From Candidatus Latescibacterota bacterium (GTDB lineage: Bacteria > Latescibacterota > UBA2968 > UBA8231): 64,000 nucleotides of DNA. The stretch lies in assembly GCA_965221775.1 (NCBI GenBank), contig CBDCSU010000006.1, positions 2,208,001 to 2,272,000 on the forward strand, in the 5' to 3' direction. The position numbers were made by a program, and so were the translations under genes. Position 1 is the first letter of the stretch; each line of letters begins with the position of its first letter. Positions 47,094-55,679 of the stretch are shown piece by piece. The notes below the pieces were generated by a model. That model did no database searches and was not told the DNA's origin. It saw nothing but the letters and a program-made list of their open reading frames with translations.

Positions 47094-47891
47094 TCAGGCA
47101 GGCAACTCGAAGTACCCCAGCTCTTCCATCCTCCGCAGCCAGCGGCCCCGCCTCGGGCTGCCGGCGGGATTCGTCAGCCATTCGGGCGGGTAGGAGGGCT
47201 CTCCCGGCCGTCCGAACTGGGCGCCCACATCCTTCGAGCCCACGGCGCGCTTGCGGGCGGCGGCCTCCTCGACCTCACCCCGGGGATTGTTGTAGAAGAC
47301 GCAGGTGCACATGCGGCGGCCGGCGGCGCCCCCCGAACTGGCGTGCCAGCAGCGCATGTCGAAGGCGACCACGTCGCCGGGTTCCGACCGGCAGACGTAC
47401 GCGGGGACGTCGGCCACCTCGAGCTCGAGGGCGCCCAGGGTGTCGCGCAGGTGTTCGTGGAAGCCGCGGCGGTGCGACCCCGGGATGAGCCGCAAGGCGC
47501 CGCTGCCGGCGTCCACCGGATCGAGGTAGAAGGCGAACTTGACGCCGTGGCAGTCCTCGTCCGGATCGGCCCGGTGGTCGGGGTGCCAGCGGGTGTCGCC
47601 CACGTAGCGGTTGGCGTCGGTGCCGATGCCGATGACGTCCTCGCCGTAGAGTTGCTCCGCCACCACGCAGAACCGCTCGTCCTCGAGGAGGCTGGCGAAG
47701 AGGGGGGTGCGCGGGTGCAGCATCATCGCCCAGTAGCGCTTCTCCCCGGTGAAGGGCTGATCGGCGTAGAGATGGTCGAGCTCGGTCTCGTACTCGAGGC
47801 GCAGGGTCTCCACCTCCTCCGGCGTGAAGAGGCCGCGGAGGGTGACGAAGCCGAAGGTCCGGTAGTGGGCGAGTTGCTGTTCGGTCAACAT
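47094..47891 (-). CDS. PhyH family dioxygenase
   Basis: MLTEQQLAHYRTFGFVTLRGLF, WHPD, GALRLIPGSH, PGDVVAFD..CWH. Confidence 0.88.
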   Translation of the reverse strand: MLTEQQLAHYRTFGFVTLRGLFTPEEVETLRLEYETELDHLYADQPFTGEKRYWAMMLHPRTPLFASLLEDERFCVVAEQLYGEDVIGIGTDANRYVGDTRWHPDHRADPDEDCHGVKFAFYLDPVDAGSGALRLIPGSHRRGFHEHLRDTLGALELEVADVPAYVCRSEPGDVVAFDMRCWHASSGGAAGRRMCTCVFYNNPRGEVEEAAARKRAVGSKDVGAQFGRPGEPSYPPEWLTNPAGSPRRGRWLRRMEELGYFELPA

Positions 47892-48003
47892 GGAAGGCTC
47901 TCCCGCGGGGGTGATCGATCGAGTGGGATCAAAGCCCCGGCCAGGGGGAGGTGCAAGTCCGGGACGGCTGGCTATCTTTGGCCGGCCTACGAGGAGAGAC
48001 GAG

Positions 48004-49326
48004 ATGACGAAGGAACTGCTCGCCGGCGCCGGCGGCACCCGGATCACGCCGCCCACCGGGCATCCCATGGGCGGCTACGGCGCCCGCGATCACGGAGCCG
48101 AGGGCGTCCACGATCACCTGCATGCCCACGCCCTGTTCCTCGACGACGGCACCACGCAGGCGGTGATCATCGCCAGCGACCTGATCGGCATGCGCTTCGA
48201 GCAGGTGGCCCGCGTGCGCGAGCTGGTGCACCGGGCCACGGGAGTGCCCGCGGCCAACGTCTTCCTCGCCTTCTCCCACACCCACGGCGGCCCCCTGATG
48301 TACACCGACTTCAGGGAGATGGAGGAGGCGGAGGCGACCTTCATCGACGCACTCTGCCACCTCATGGCCGGCACCGCCCGGCAGGCGGCCACCGCGGCGG
48401 GGCCGGTGCGCTGGGGCACGGGCCGGCAGCCGCTGCGGGTCGGCGTCAACCGCCGCGAGCGCCAGCCGGACGGCACGACCCGCATCGGCGTCAACCCGGA
48501 GGGCCCGGTGGCGCCCTGGGTCGACTCGGTCTGGTTCGAGCGCCTCGACGGCACACCCCTTGTGGTGCTCTGGCAGCACGCCGCCCACGGGACCTGCCTG
48601 GTGAGCGACAACTACCTGTTCACCGCCGACTGGATGGGCGCCGCCATGCGCCGGATCGAGGGCCAGCGGCGGGGGGAGACGGCCCTCTTCCTCAACGGCT
48701 GCGCCGGCAACATCAACCCCCATCCACGCGGCTCCTACGAGCTGGCCGGGGTGCACGGGAGCCGCGCCGGAGAGGCCGTGCTGAAGACGGTGCCGGAGGC
48801 GGGGGAGATGAGACGGGGCGGCCGTCTGCGCTGCGCGCAGCACGCCTTCGAGCTGCCCCTGGAGCCGATGCCCTCCCAGCAGGAGTGCGAGCGCGAGCTG
48901 GCCGAGTGGGAGCCCGCCTTTCTGGAACTCCAGGGCGAGTTCCACCGCAACTGGCGGGTCTGCCGCCACTACTGCGCCGCCCGGGAGCGCCTGCAGGCCC
49001 ACCGGAGCAATTCGGTAGCGTCGGGCCTGCCCCTTCAGATCCAGGCCCTGGCCCTGGACGACGTCGCCCTCGTCGGCCTGCCGGGGGAGATCTTCGTCGA
49101 GACGGGGACGGCCATCGCCGAGGCCTCGCCCTTCGCCCTCACCCTGCCGGTGGGCTACGCCAACGGCGCCATCGGCTACGTCCCCACCAGCGAGGAGGTG
49201 CCCCACGGCGGCTACGAGGTCCTCGACGCGAGGGCCCGCCACCAGGGGCGCAGGCTCGCCGACGATGCGGACCGGGCCCTGGCGGCCGGCGCCCTGCGGG
49301 CCCTGGAGCTGGCCGCGGAGGGCTGA
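48004..49326 (+). CDS. Neutral/alkaline ceramidase-like metallohydrolase
   Basis: ITPP...MGGY, HDHLHAHAL, SHTHGGP, HAAH, GCAGNINP, PGEIF, GYANG..GYVP. Confidence 0.8.
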   Translation: MTKELLAGAGGTRITPPTGHPMGGYGARDHGAEGVHDHLHAHALFLDDGTTQAVIIASDLIGMRFEQVARVRELVHRATGVPAANVFLAFSHTHGGPLMYTDFREMEEAEATFIDALCHLMAGTARQAATAAGPVRWGTGRQPLRVGVNRRERQPDGTTRIGVNPEGPVAPWVDSVWFERLDGTPLVVLWQHAAHGTCLVSDNYLFTADWMGAAMRRIEGQRRGETALFLNGCAGNINPHPRGSYELAGVHGSRAGEAVLKTVPEAGEMRRGGRLRCAQHAFELPLEPMPSQQECERELAEWEPAFLELQGEFHRNWRVCRHYCAARERLQAHRSNSVASGLPLQIQALALDDVALVGLPGEIFVETGTAIAEASPFALTLPVGYANGAIGYVPTSEEVPHGGYEVLDARARHQGRRLADDADRALAAGALRALELAAEG

Positions 49327-49336
49327 CCTCTTTCCC

Positions 49337-50497
49337 GTGGGTTACCTCGAAGCGCTGCTGACAGGTGTCGAGGCAGTGAGGCAGCGTCTGCCGGCGGTTT
49401 CTCACGCCGCCGAACGGGTGGCCGCGCGCCTCGAGGCCGGGGGCCGGCTCTGCCTGGCCAGCGTCCGTCCCGACTTCACGTCCGAAGGTTACACGCGCTC
49501 CGGGGGGCTGATGCTGGCGGAGGAGTGGACGCCGGAGACGGCGCTGTCGCCGCAGGACGCGGTGATCCTCGGCTGGTCCGGCGCCCCGCCGGAGCGGGAG
49601 CTGGAGTTGCTGGAGCAGTTGCGCTCCACGGGCGCCCTGATCGCCGCTATCGGTCCGGCCGGATGGCCGGGGGCGGATCCGCGGGCGGACGATCTCGCCC
49701 TGGAGAGCTCGTTCGCTTGGCCCGAGGCGGCGACCGCCCCCTTCGGCGGCGAGGCCTACCCGCTGACCTCGCTGCAGAACCTGCTCCTCCTGTGGGCCCT
49801 CACCGGAGAGATCGTCGCCGCCCTCACCCGCGCCGGGCGAATGCCGGCCATGTACCAGAGCGTGCTGGTGCCGGGAGCGAGGGAGCGCAACGCCCGCTTC
49901 GCCGGTTCCCCCTTTCACGAGACCCACGAGGTGCCGGCGATCCCCGCGGGGCGGCTGGGCGGGGACTACCTGGATCGCATGGCGGCGATCCTGCGGGCCC
50001 TGATAGCGGAAGAGGCGGGGGCGATCGAGGCCGTCGGCGCGGTCTGCGCCGAGGTCCTGGATGCCGGCGGCTGCATTCACGCGGGGCTGATCTCGCACTT
50101 CCCCATGTATCAGCTCGGGGCGCCGGGGGACCCGCCCTACATGCGGCCCCTGGCGCGGCTGCAGGGCGAGTCCCCGCGGGTGTCCGAGCTCGAGGAGAAG
50201 CTGCGGCCCGGGGACCTGCTCTTCTTTCTCGGGTACTACCGCCGTCCGGTGGATGCGTACGTCGCCGCGAGACGGGCGGGGGCGCGCATCGTCGAGGTGA
50301 TCACCGGCGACGGCACGGACGATCCACCGCCGCCGTCGCCGGACCACGTCATCCGTCCGAAGTGGCCCTTCGGCGACGCGGTGACGCCGGTGCCGGGGTA
50401 CGACGTGGAGATCCTGCCCGGCTCGGGGATCGTGCAGGCGGCGGTCTACTGGGCGGTGGTGGCGTCGATCAAGCAGGCCCGGGAGGGCAATGGATGA
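49337..50497 (+). CDS. Hypothetical protein with two SIS-like (sugar isomerase) half-domains
   Basis: AAERVAARLEAGGRL and VGAVCAEVLDAGGCI repeats; GDA...PGYD..ILPGSG; start uncertain. Confidence 0.6.
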   Translation: MGYLEALLTGVEAVRQRLPAVSHAAERVAARLEAGGRLCLASVRPDFTSEGYTRSGGLMLAEEWTPETALSPQDAVILGWSGAPPERELELLEQLRSTGALIAAIGPAGWPGADPRADDLALESSFAWPEAATAPFGGEAYPLTSLQNLLLLWALTGEIVAALTRAGRMPAMYQSVLVPGARERNARFAGSPFHETHEVPAIPAGRLGGDYLDRMAAILRALIAEEAGAIEAVGAVCAEVLDAGGCIHAGLISHFPMYQLGAPGDPPYMRPLARLQGESPRVSELEEKLRPGDLLFFLGYYRRPVDAYVAARRAGARIVEVITGDGTDDPPPPSPDHVIRPKWPFGDAVTPVPGYDVEILPGSGIVQAAVYWAVVASIKQAREGNG

Positions 50498-50538
50498 TGC
50501 GGCGCGGCGAAGAGCCGGCGCCCGAGGAGGAGGAGGCG

Positions 50539-51615
50539 ATGAGCACGGCGGAGAGAACGACGGTGCCCCTCGACAGCGGGGAGAGGCTCACCGTCCGGGT
50601 GTGCGAGCCGCCCTTTCCCGGCGGCGGGGAGAACCTCTGCTGGTGGGGGGACGTCGCCGCCGACGTGATGGCGGGGAAGCTGCGGCCGTGGCTGCGCACG
50701 GCCTGGTACCTCGGCGAGATCGACGGCGAGCGGGCCGGGTACATGAGCTGCTGGACCCCCGCCGCCAGCCGCGAGATCGGGATCGTCGAGTTCGTCCGGA
50801 CGGCGGAGGCGCACCAGCGAAAGGGGGTCGCCTCGATCCTGCTGGGCCGCCTCGTGGAGGACTTCACCCGGGCCGGGGGCTTGGCCCTCTACCTGTGCAC
50901 GACCAACCCCCATGCCGGCCGGCTCTACGAGAGCCGCGGGTTCCGCTATCTCGTCGGCGACGGGATGCGCTACCTGGCGCCCGGCGCCGGGGAGTTCGAC
51001 CGCGACTACCTCGGCGGCGGCGGTCCGGCCGTGGTCCGCGATGCCACCTGGGCGGACCTGCCCGGGGCGGCGGCGCTCTTCAATCACCCGGAGCCGCGGT
51101 GGATCGTGAAGGACTCCCTGAGCCGGTGCTTCCACGACACCCGCTACGAGAGCCACTTCCTGAAGACCTTCCGGCGGCTGGAGGGCGGGCGGGGGGTCTG
51201 CGTGGCCCTGGAGAACGCCGCCGGCCGACTCGTCGGCCTGGCCACGACCGAGCGGCGGGACACCTGGGCCGAGCAGCACACGGCGGTGCTCAGCTTCCGC
51301 GTGGCGCCGGCCTTCACGAGTCGCTGCGCCGCCCTGCTGGGCGCGGCCGTGGAGCGCAGCGCCGCCCTGGGGATCTCGGTCATCCACGTCCACGCCGCCG
51401 ACTGCGACGAGGATCAGAAACAGCTGCTGCAGGGGGCCGGGTTCGCCGAGGAGGCGCGCTTCAGGGACCGGCTGCGCGTCGGTGGCGGCTTCGTGGACCT
51501 GGTGGTCTACGGGCGGAGGTCATCGCCGCCGGCGGCCCCTTCCTCCGACGAGGGCGAGTTCTACGGCGGGCGCCAGCCGTGGCAGCGGCAGCGCGTGGCG
51601 GATATGGGAGAGTGA
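50539..51615 (+). CDS. Tandem GNAT acetyltransferase
   Basis: AGGAGG RBS; VRTAEAHQRKGVAS, AGRLYESRGF; second RimJ-like domain AGFAEEARFRD. Confidence 0.78.
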   Translation: MSTAERTTVPLDSGERLTVRVCEPPFPGGGENLCWWGDVAADVMAGKLRPWLRTAWYLGEIDGERAGYMSCWTPAASREIGIVEFVRTAEAHQRKGVASILLGRLVEDFTRAGGLALYLCTTNPHAGRLYESRGFRYLVGDGMRYLAPGAGEFDRDYLGGGGPAVVRDATWADLPGAAALFNHPEPRWIVKDSLSRCFHDTRYESHFLKTFRRLEGGRGVCVALENAAGRLVGLATTERRDTWAEQHTAVLSFRVAPAFTSRCAALLGAAVERSAALGISVIHVHAADCDEDQKQLLQGAGFAEEARFRDRLRVGGGFVDLVVYGRRSSPPAAPSSDEGEFYGGRQPWQRQRVADMGE

Positions 51616-51640
51616 TCACCGACGCGCCAGGACCCAGGAA

Positions 51641-52822
51641 CTAGAACCCGTACTCCTCCTTGACCTCCGCGAAGGAGCGGACGGCGAAGTCCAGATCGTC
51701 CCGCGTGTGGGCCGCGGAGATCTGGGTGCGGATGCGCGCCCTGCCCTCGGGGACCACTGGATAGAAGAAGCCGATGGCGAAAACGCCCTTCTCCAGCAGG
51801 CGGGCGGCCACCTTCTGGGCCAGCGCAGCGTCGCCGAGCATGATGGGGACGATGGGGTGATTGCCGTCGTTGAGCTCGAAGCCGCGGGCCGACATGGCGG
51901 CCTTGAAGTACCTCGTGTTGGCGTGCAGCCGCTCGCGCAGCTCGCCGGAGGCGGAGATGATCTCGAGAGCCTTGAGGGAGGCGCTGACGATGCTCGGCGC
52001 CAGGGTGTTGGAGAACAGGTACGGCCGCGAACGCTGGCGCAGCAGCTCGACGATCTCCCGCCGGCCGCTGGTGTAGCCGCCGCTGGCGCCTCCCAGCGCC
52101 TTGCCGAGGGTGCCGGTGATGATGTCGACGCGGTCCATCACCTGGCAGAGCTCGTGGGTGCCGCGGCCGTTCTCGCCCAGGAAGCCGACGGCGTGCGAGT
52201 CGTCGATCATCACCAGGGCGTCGTGCTCGTCGGCCAGGTCGCAGACCCCCTTCAGGTCGGCGATGATGCCGTCCATGGAGAACACGCCGTCAGTGACGAT
52301 CAGGCGGAACCGGCAGTCGGCGGCTTGTACCAGCTTAGCCTTCAGGTCCTCGAGATCGGAGTTCCGGTAGCGCAGCCGCTTCGCCTTGCACAGGCGGATG
52401 CCGTCGATGATGCTGGCGTGGTTCAGCTCGTCGCTGATCACCGCGTCCTCGGGTCCGAGCAAGGTCTCGAAGAGGCCGCCGTTGGCGTCGAAGCAGGAGC
52501 TGTAGAGGATCGCCGCTTCGGCGCCGAGGAACTCCGCGATCCGGGACTCCAGCTCGTGGTGGATCGGCTGGGTGCCGCAGATGAAGCGCACCGAGGACAG
52601 GCCGTAGCCCCACTCGTCGAGACTCGCCCGGGCGGCCTCGACGATCTCCGGGTGGCCGGCCAGCCCCAGGTAGTTGTTGGCGCACATGTTGAGCACGCGG
52701 CGCCCGGCCACGTCGACCCGGGACTGCTGCGGCCCGGCGATCACCCGCTCGCGCTTGTAGAGCCCGTCCTGCTCGATACGCGCCAGCTGATCCCTGAGTT
52801 GCTCCTTCATCGTTCCGTACAT
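51641..52822 (-). CDS. kbl: Glycine C-acetyltransferase (2-amino-3-ketobutyrate CoA ligase)
   Basis: [52 protein letters not shown]. Confidence 0.96.
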   Translation of the reverse strand: MYGTMKEQLRDQLARIEQDGLYKRERVIAGPQQSRVDVAGRRVLNMCANNYLGLAGHPEIVEAARASLDEWGYGLSSVRFICGTQPIHHELESRIAEFLGAEAAILYSSCFDANGGLFETLLGPEDAVISDELNHASIIDGIRLCKAKRLRYRNSDLEDLKAKLVQAADCRFRLIVTDGVFSMDGIIADLKGVCDLADEHDALVMIDDSHAVGFLGENGRGTHELCQVMDRVDIITGTLGKALGGASGGYTSGRREIVELLRQRSRPYLFSNTLAPSIVSASLKALEIISASGELRERLHANTRYFKAAMSARGFELNDGNHPIVPIMLGDAALAQKVAARLLEKGVFAIGFFYPVVPEGRARIRTQISAAHTRDDLDFAVRSFAEVKEEYGF

Positions 52823-52833
52823 CGATCACTCCA

Positions 52834-53589
52834 CTAGATCATGAGATCGCCGCCGTTGATGTCGAAGGCGGCGCCGGTGATGTAGGGCGCGTCCCTCACC
52901 AGGAACAGCACCAGCCGCGCCACCTCCGCGGGCGTCCCGAGGCGGGCGATGGGGAAGCTCTCCTCGTAGGCCTGCAGCCGTTCGGGAGTGCAGTTGGCGC
53001 GGACCATCTCCGTGTCGATCAGGCCGGGGCAGATCGAGTTCGCCGTGATGCCGTGGGGCGCCATCTCCTTGGCGAGGGCCCGCGTGAAGCCGAGGACCCC
53101 GGCCTTGGCGGCCGTGTAGTGGGCGCCGCCGAGGGTGCTGACACTGCGGCCGGCTGACGACGACATGTTGATGATCCGTCCGTATCCGTTCGCCTTCATC
53201 GAACCGAGGACCGCCCGGCTGCACAGGAAGGTCCCCTTGAGATTGGCCTCCACCACGAGGTCCCACTCCGCCGCCGAGATCTCCTCGACTCTCGTCGGGC
53301 GCAGGACGCCGGCGTTGTTCACGAGGATGTCGACCTTGCCGAACCTCTCCAGGGCCCCGGCCACCAGCTCGTCGACGGCGGACTCGTCGGTCACGTCACA
53401 GCGCCGGCCCACGGCGCGGCCGCCGTCGGGGTCGATCTCGGCCGCGGTCCGCTCGACCTGATCGCGGTTCAGGTCACAGAGCACGACCCTCGCGCCGTCC
53501 TCCGCCAGGGTCCGGGCGATCTGCGCGCCCATCCCTTGCGCGGCGCCGGTGACGATGGCGACCTGGGGTTTTGACTCAGCCGGTGACAT
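52834..53589 (-). CDS. Classical short-chain dehydrogenase/reductase (FabG-like)
   Basis: TGAAQGMG, NNAG, YTAAK, PGLIDT, ITG..FDINGG. Confidence 0.92.
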   Translation of the reverse strand: MSPAESKPQVAIVTGAAQGMGAQIARTLAEDGARVVLCDLNRDQVERTAAEIDPDGGRAVGRRCDVTDESAVDELVAGALERFGKVDILVNNAGVLRPTRVEEISAAEWDLVVEANLKGTFLCSRAVLGSMKANGYGRIINMSSSAGRSVSTLGGAHYTAAKAGVLGFTRALAKEMAPHGITANSICPGLIDTEMVRANCTPERLQAYEESFPIARLGTPAEVARLVLFLVRDAPYITGAAFDINGGDLMI

Positions 53590-53640
53590 CTCTCCACTCT
53601 CGCTTCCGGCCGTCGAGTTCCGGCTCGACGTTGACGGCGA

Positions 53641-53860
53641 TCACTTCTGCCCGTCTCACTGCTTGCGGGGACCCGACAGGGCCAAGGCTTCGTCGCGGGC
53701 AGAACCCGTGGTGACAGGACGCGCAGTAGGCATACGGCCGCCCAGGGTCACCTGCCCGAGGAGCGTCTCCACCGTACGCGAGTGCGACGCTCGCGCACGC
53801 AGACGGCGCTCACACTGGGGGCAGGGGCCTCTTTTGCGTCAGCAACGGGCTGCGGCGGCG
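53641..53860 (-). mobile_element. Decayed ISKra4/ISLre2-like transposase fragment (frameshifts and stop)
   Basis: Stitched translation CPQCERRLRARASHSRTVETLLGQVTL/RPYAYCASCHHGFCP/RDEALALSGPRKQ*DGQK resembles the N-terminal zinc-finger region of these transposases. Confidence 0.6.
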
Positions 53861-54017
53861 CTCGCCGCTGGCAACGCCTCAACTTATGACTCATCTATTT
53901 CTGCTATTTCTGCGCGGTGCCTTAGGAGGGTTCATAGGGTCTTCCCCTTGGGGAGCGGGAGTGATTCGCACCGGAGCAGGCTCCAACCTTGCGAGCTGGC
54001 AGGATTTCAGAGGGCTT

Positions 54018-54464
54018 CTACGACAGTGTCTCACCAGAAAAGTCCTCCACAAGAATCACCGTCCCATCCGTGTACAATTTGGCTATGAATGGTGGGCGAT
54101 GCTTCTTGACAAACTTCTCCATTCGGCGCCCGGCACGGAGGATGGTGGCCGCCATGGCCTCGCCGCCAAGCCTCTTGCCGACCAGAGCGAACAGGCGCGC
54201 CCCTGAGTCCTGTACGGCCAGCCTTTCGGATAGTCGGTGCTGGATCTTGCGGTCTTTGGTCAGTATAACCCATCCCTGCCGCGCGACGTGGGGAATCCAC
54301 TCTTCATCGGGGGCCGCTTGGTCAAAGTGGTCGTCGTGAGCCTGCACCTCAAGACCGGCTTTGCGGAGAGTACAAACGACAGTCTTGCCCCCCATGTTGC
54401 GGTCTATGAATAGCGGAGGCAGGTCAGGCGGCGAGGAGGTGCCGGGCTTCGAACCGGATGGCAT
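54018..54464 (-). CDS. VapC45-like PIN-domain toxin
   Basis: FIDRNMG, HDDHF..APDEEWI..VARQGWVILTKDRKI. Confidence 0.82.
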   Translation of the reverse strand: MPSGSKPGTSSPPDLPPLFIDRNMGGKTVVCTLRKAGLEVQAHDDHFDQAAPDEEWIPHVARQGWVILTKDRKIQHRLSERLAVQDSGARLFALVGKRLGGEAMAATILRAGRRMEKFVKKHRPPFIAKLYTDGTVILVEDFSGETLS

Positions 54465-55218
54465 CTTCGATTATTCTCGGTTCTTGCCCGTAGTCCTGCG
54501 ATAGCACTTCGAAGGAGTCCCCGCCTTGGTATCTCTCGGCCAAGACAGCCGTGGGTATACCGGTGCCCCTGATCACTGGTCGGCCGAATGAAATCTTGGG
54601 GTTGATCATGACAATAGCCGCATCGTCGGCGGCAGAACATCCCTCTGAATCACTTCTAGGAGGATCTATGAATGGGAAGAATCGGACGGCGATTCCTTCG
54701 TCTCGCTCTATGCGTTTCAAATAGCGCCGCAGTAACTCCTTCAGGACGATCTGACCTTCTTGGGTCACACTCTCAACCACCGGATGCCCAAGCCCATCAA
54801 GGGTGAGCTGGTCGACGAATACATCCGTGCCGTCGGTCTCCATGTCTACTTCGATCAGAGGATGAGCCGAATCGTACTCCTTCTTCATGTAGGCAATGGC
54901 CCGGCGCATCTTCTGCAAGGACACACCCTGATTGCGAATGGAGCTCAAGACATGAGCTTCAACCAAGTTTCTAAAGGAGAGAAGACGGCTTCCCTCGGGG
55001 AAGTCGAAGACAGGGGCAAAGTTCACCCCGCCACTGAACCAAGAGTTCAGGGTAGAGGGAGGCGTATGGATGTACAGGGCGGCCTCGCTGCCACTGTACG
55101 CCGGTAGCCCCAGCACGTCGCGGGTCACTGCCTTGACGATCCGATTAGCATTGGCGACGGGTTTCTCTCGGCTGGGGTAAGGAGGGGACCGCACGCCCCC
55201 ACAGTCGATGCTGCTCAT
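54424..55218 (-). CDS. VapB45-like antitoxin (HTH + DUF433)
   Basis: PAYS.SEAA.Y..P.STL.SW, LSFRNLVEAHVL, INPKISFGRPVIRGTGIPT, IEDAIRFE; start uncertain (55218 or 55128). Confidence 0.85.
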   Translation of the reverse strand: MSSIDCGGVRSPPYPSREKPVANANRIVKAVTRDVLGLPAYSGSEAALYIHTPPSTLNSWFSGGVNFAPVFDFPEGSRLLSFRNLVEAHVLSSIRNQGVSLQKMRRAIAYMKKEYDSAHPLIEVDMETDGTDVFVDQLTLDGLGHPVVESVTQEGQIVLKELLRRYLKRIERDEGIAVRFFPFIDPPRSDSEGCSAADDAAIVMINPKISFGRPVIRGTGIPTAVLAERYQGGDSFEVLSQDYGQEPRIIEDAIRFEARHLLAA

Positions 55219-55290
55219 AGGGGCACCGATTTGGCATGAAAATAGGGACTCTTGGCTGAGGCGCAATCTCGCACGGGTGAGCTCCCAAGA

Positions 55291-55482
55291 GCGGCGGCTC
55301 CATGCGTGCGTCCATCGCGACGCTCAGATACACGAAGCCGTCCCCGTGTGCGTGTAGCGAGGCCCGCGACCCATATGCGGGCCGGCGACCGAAACTCCCC
55401 ACCGACCAAGTCGGAGGCGCCCCCCCACAGGCCGGCGACGGGTCGTGGAGAACCGTCGCCACCGGCAGACGCCACCTAACCC
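55291..55482 (-). mobile_element. Decayed IS3-family transposase (OrfB/rve) fragment
   Basis: Stitched translation GLGGVCRWRRFSTTRRRP../ASDLVGGEF..RIWVAG/..GFVYLSVAMDA/WSRR matches the IS3 PDLV..F....N..WVADITY....GF.YLA...D..SRR pattern. Confidence 0.75.
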
Positions 55483-55662
55483 AGAAGAAACGCCGCCCAG
55501 GTGAGCGGTTCTCTGGTATTCATGTCGTCCACTCTTGCGGGGTACTTCCCTTCAACGTGTCGGCAGCCTCATGTCACGTCCGTATGGATGGCTTTGGGCC
55601 CCATCACCCCTGAAGCCCGATCACATCATCTGCGACGATGGTGGTCGTTCGGCCGATCAAAT

Positions 55663-55676
55663 GGAGGTTGGCCTCC
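55663..55676 (-). terminator. Weak hairpin just after the LamG gene stop
   Basis: GGAGG-ccaa-CCTCC followed by ATTT on the minus strand. Confidence 0.3.
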
Positions 55677-55679
55677 CGT

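Noticed and set aside
53611-53704. Hairpins upstream of SDR-kbl (CGTCGAG/CTCGACG; TTCTGCCCG/CGGGCAGAA) as possible glycine riboswitch
   Set aside because: No glycine-riboswitch consensus recognised, and the larger stem lies within the transposase relic; an Rfam/Infernal scan would settle it
53886-54206. 106-aa plus-strand ORF with hydrophobic start (possible type I toxin)
   Set aside because: Largely antisense to the PIN toxin, no RBS, no recognisable family
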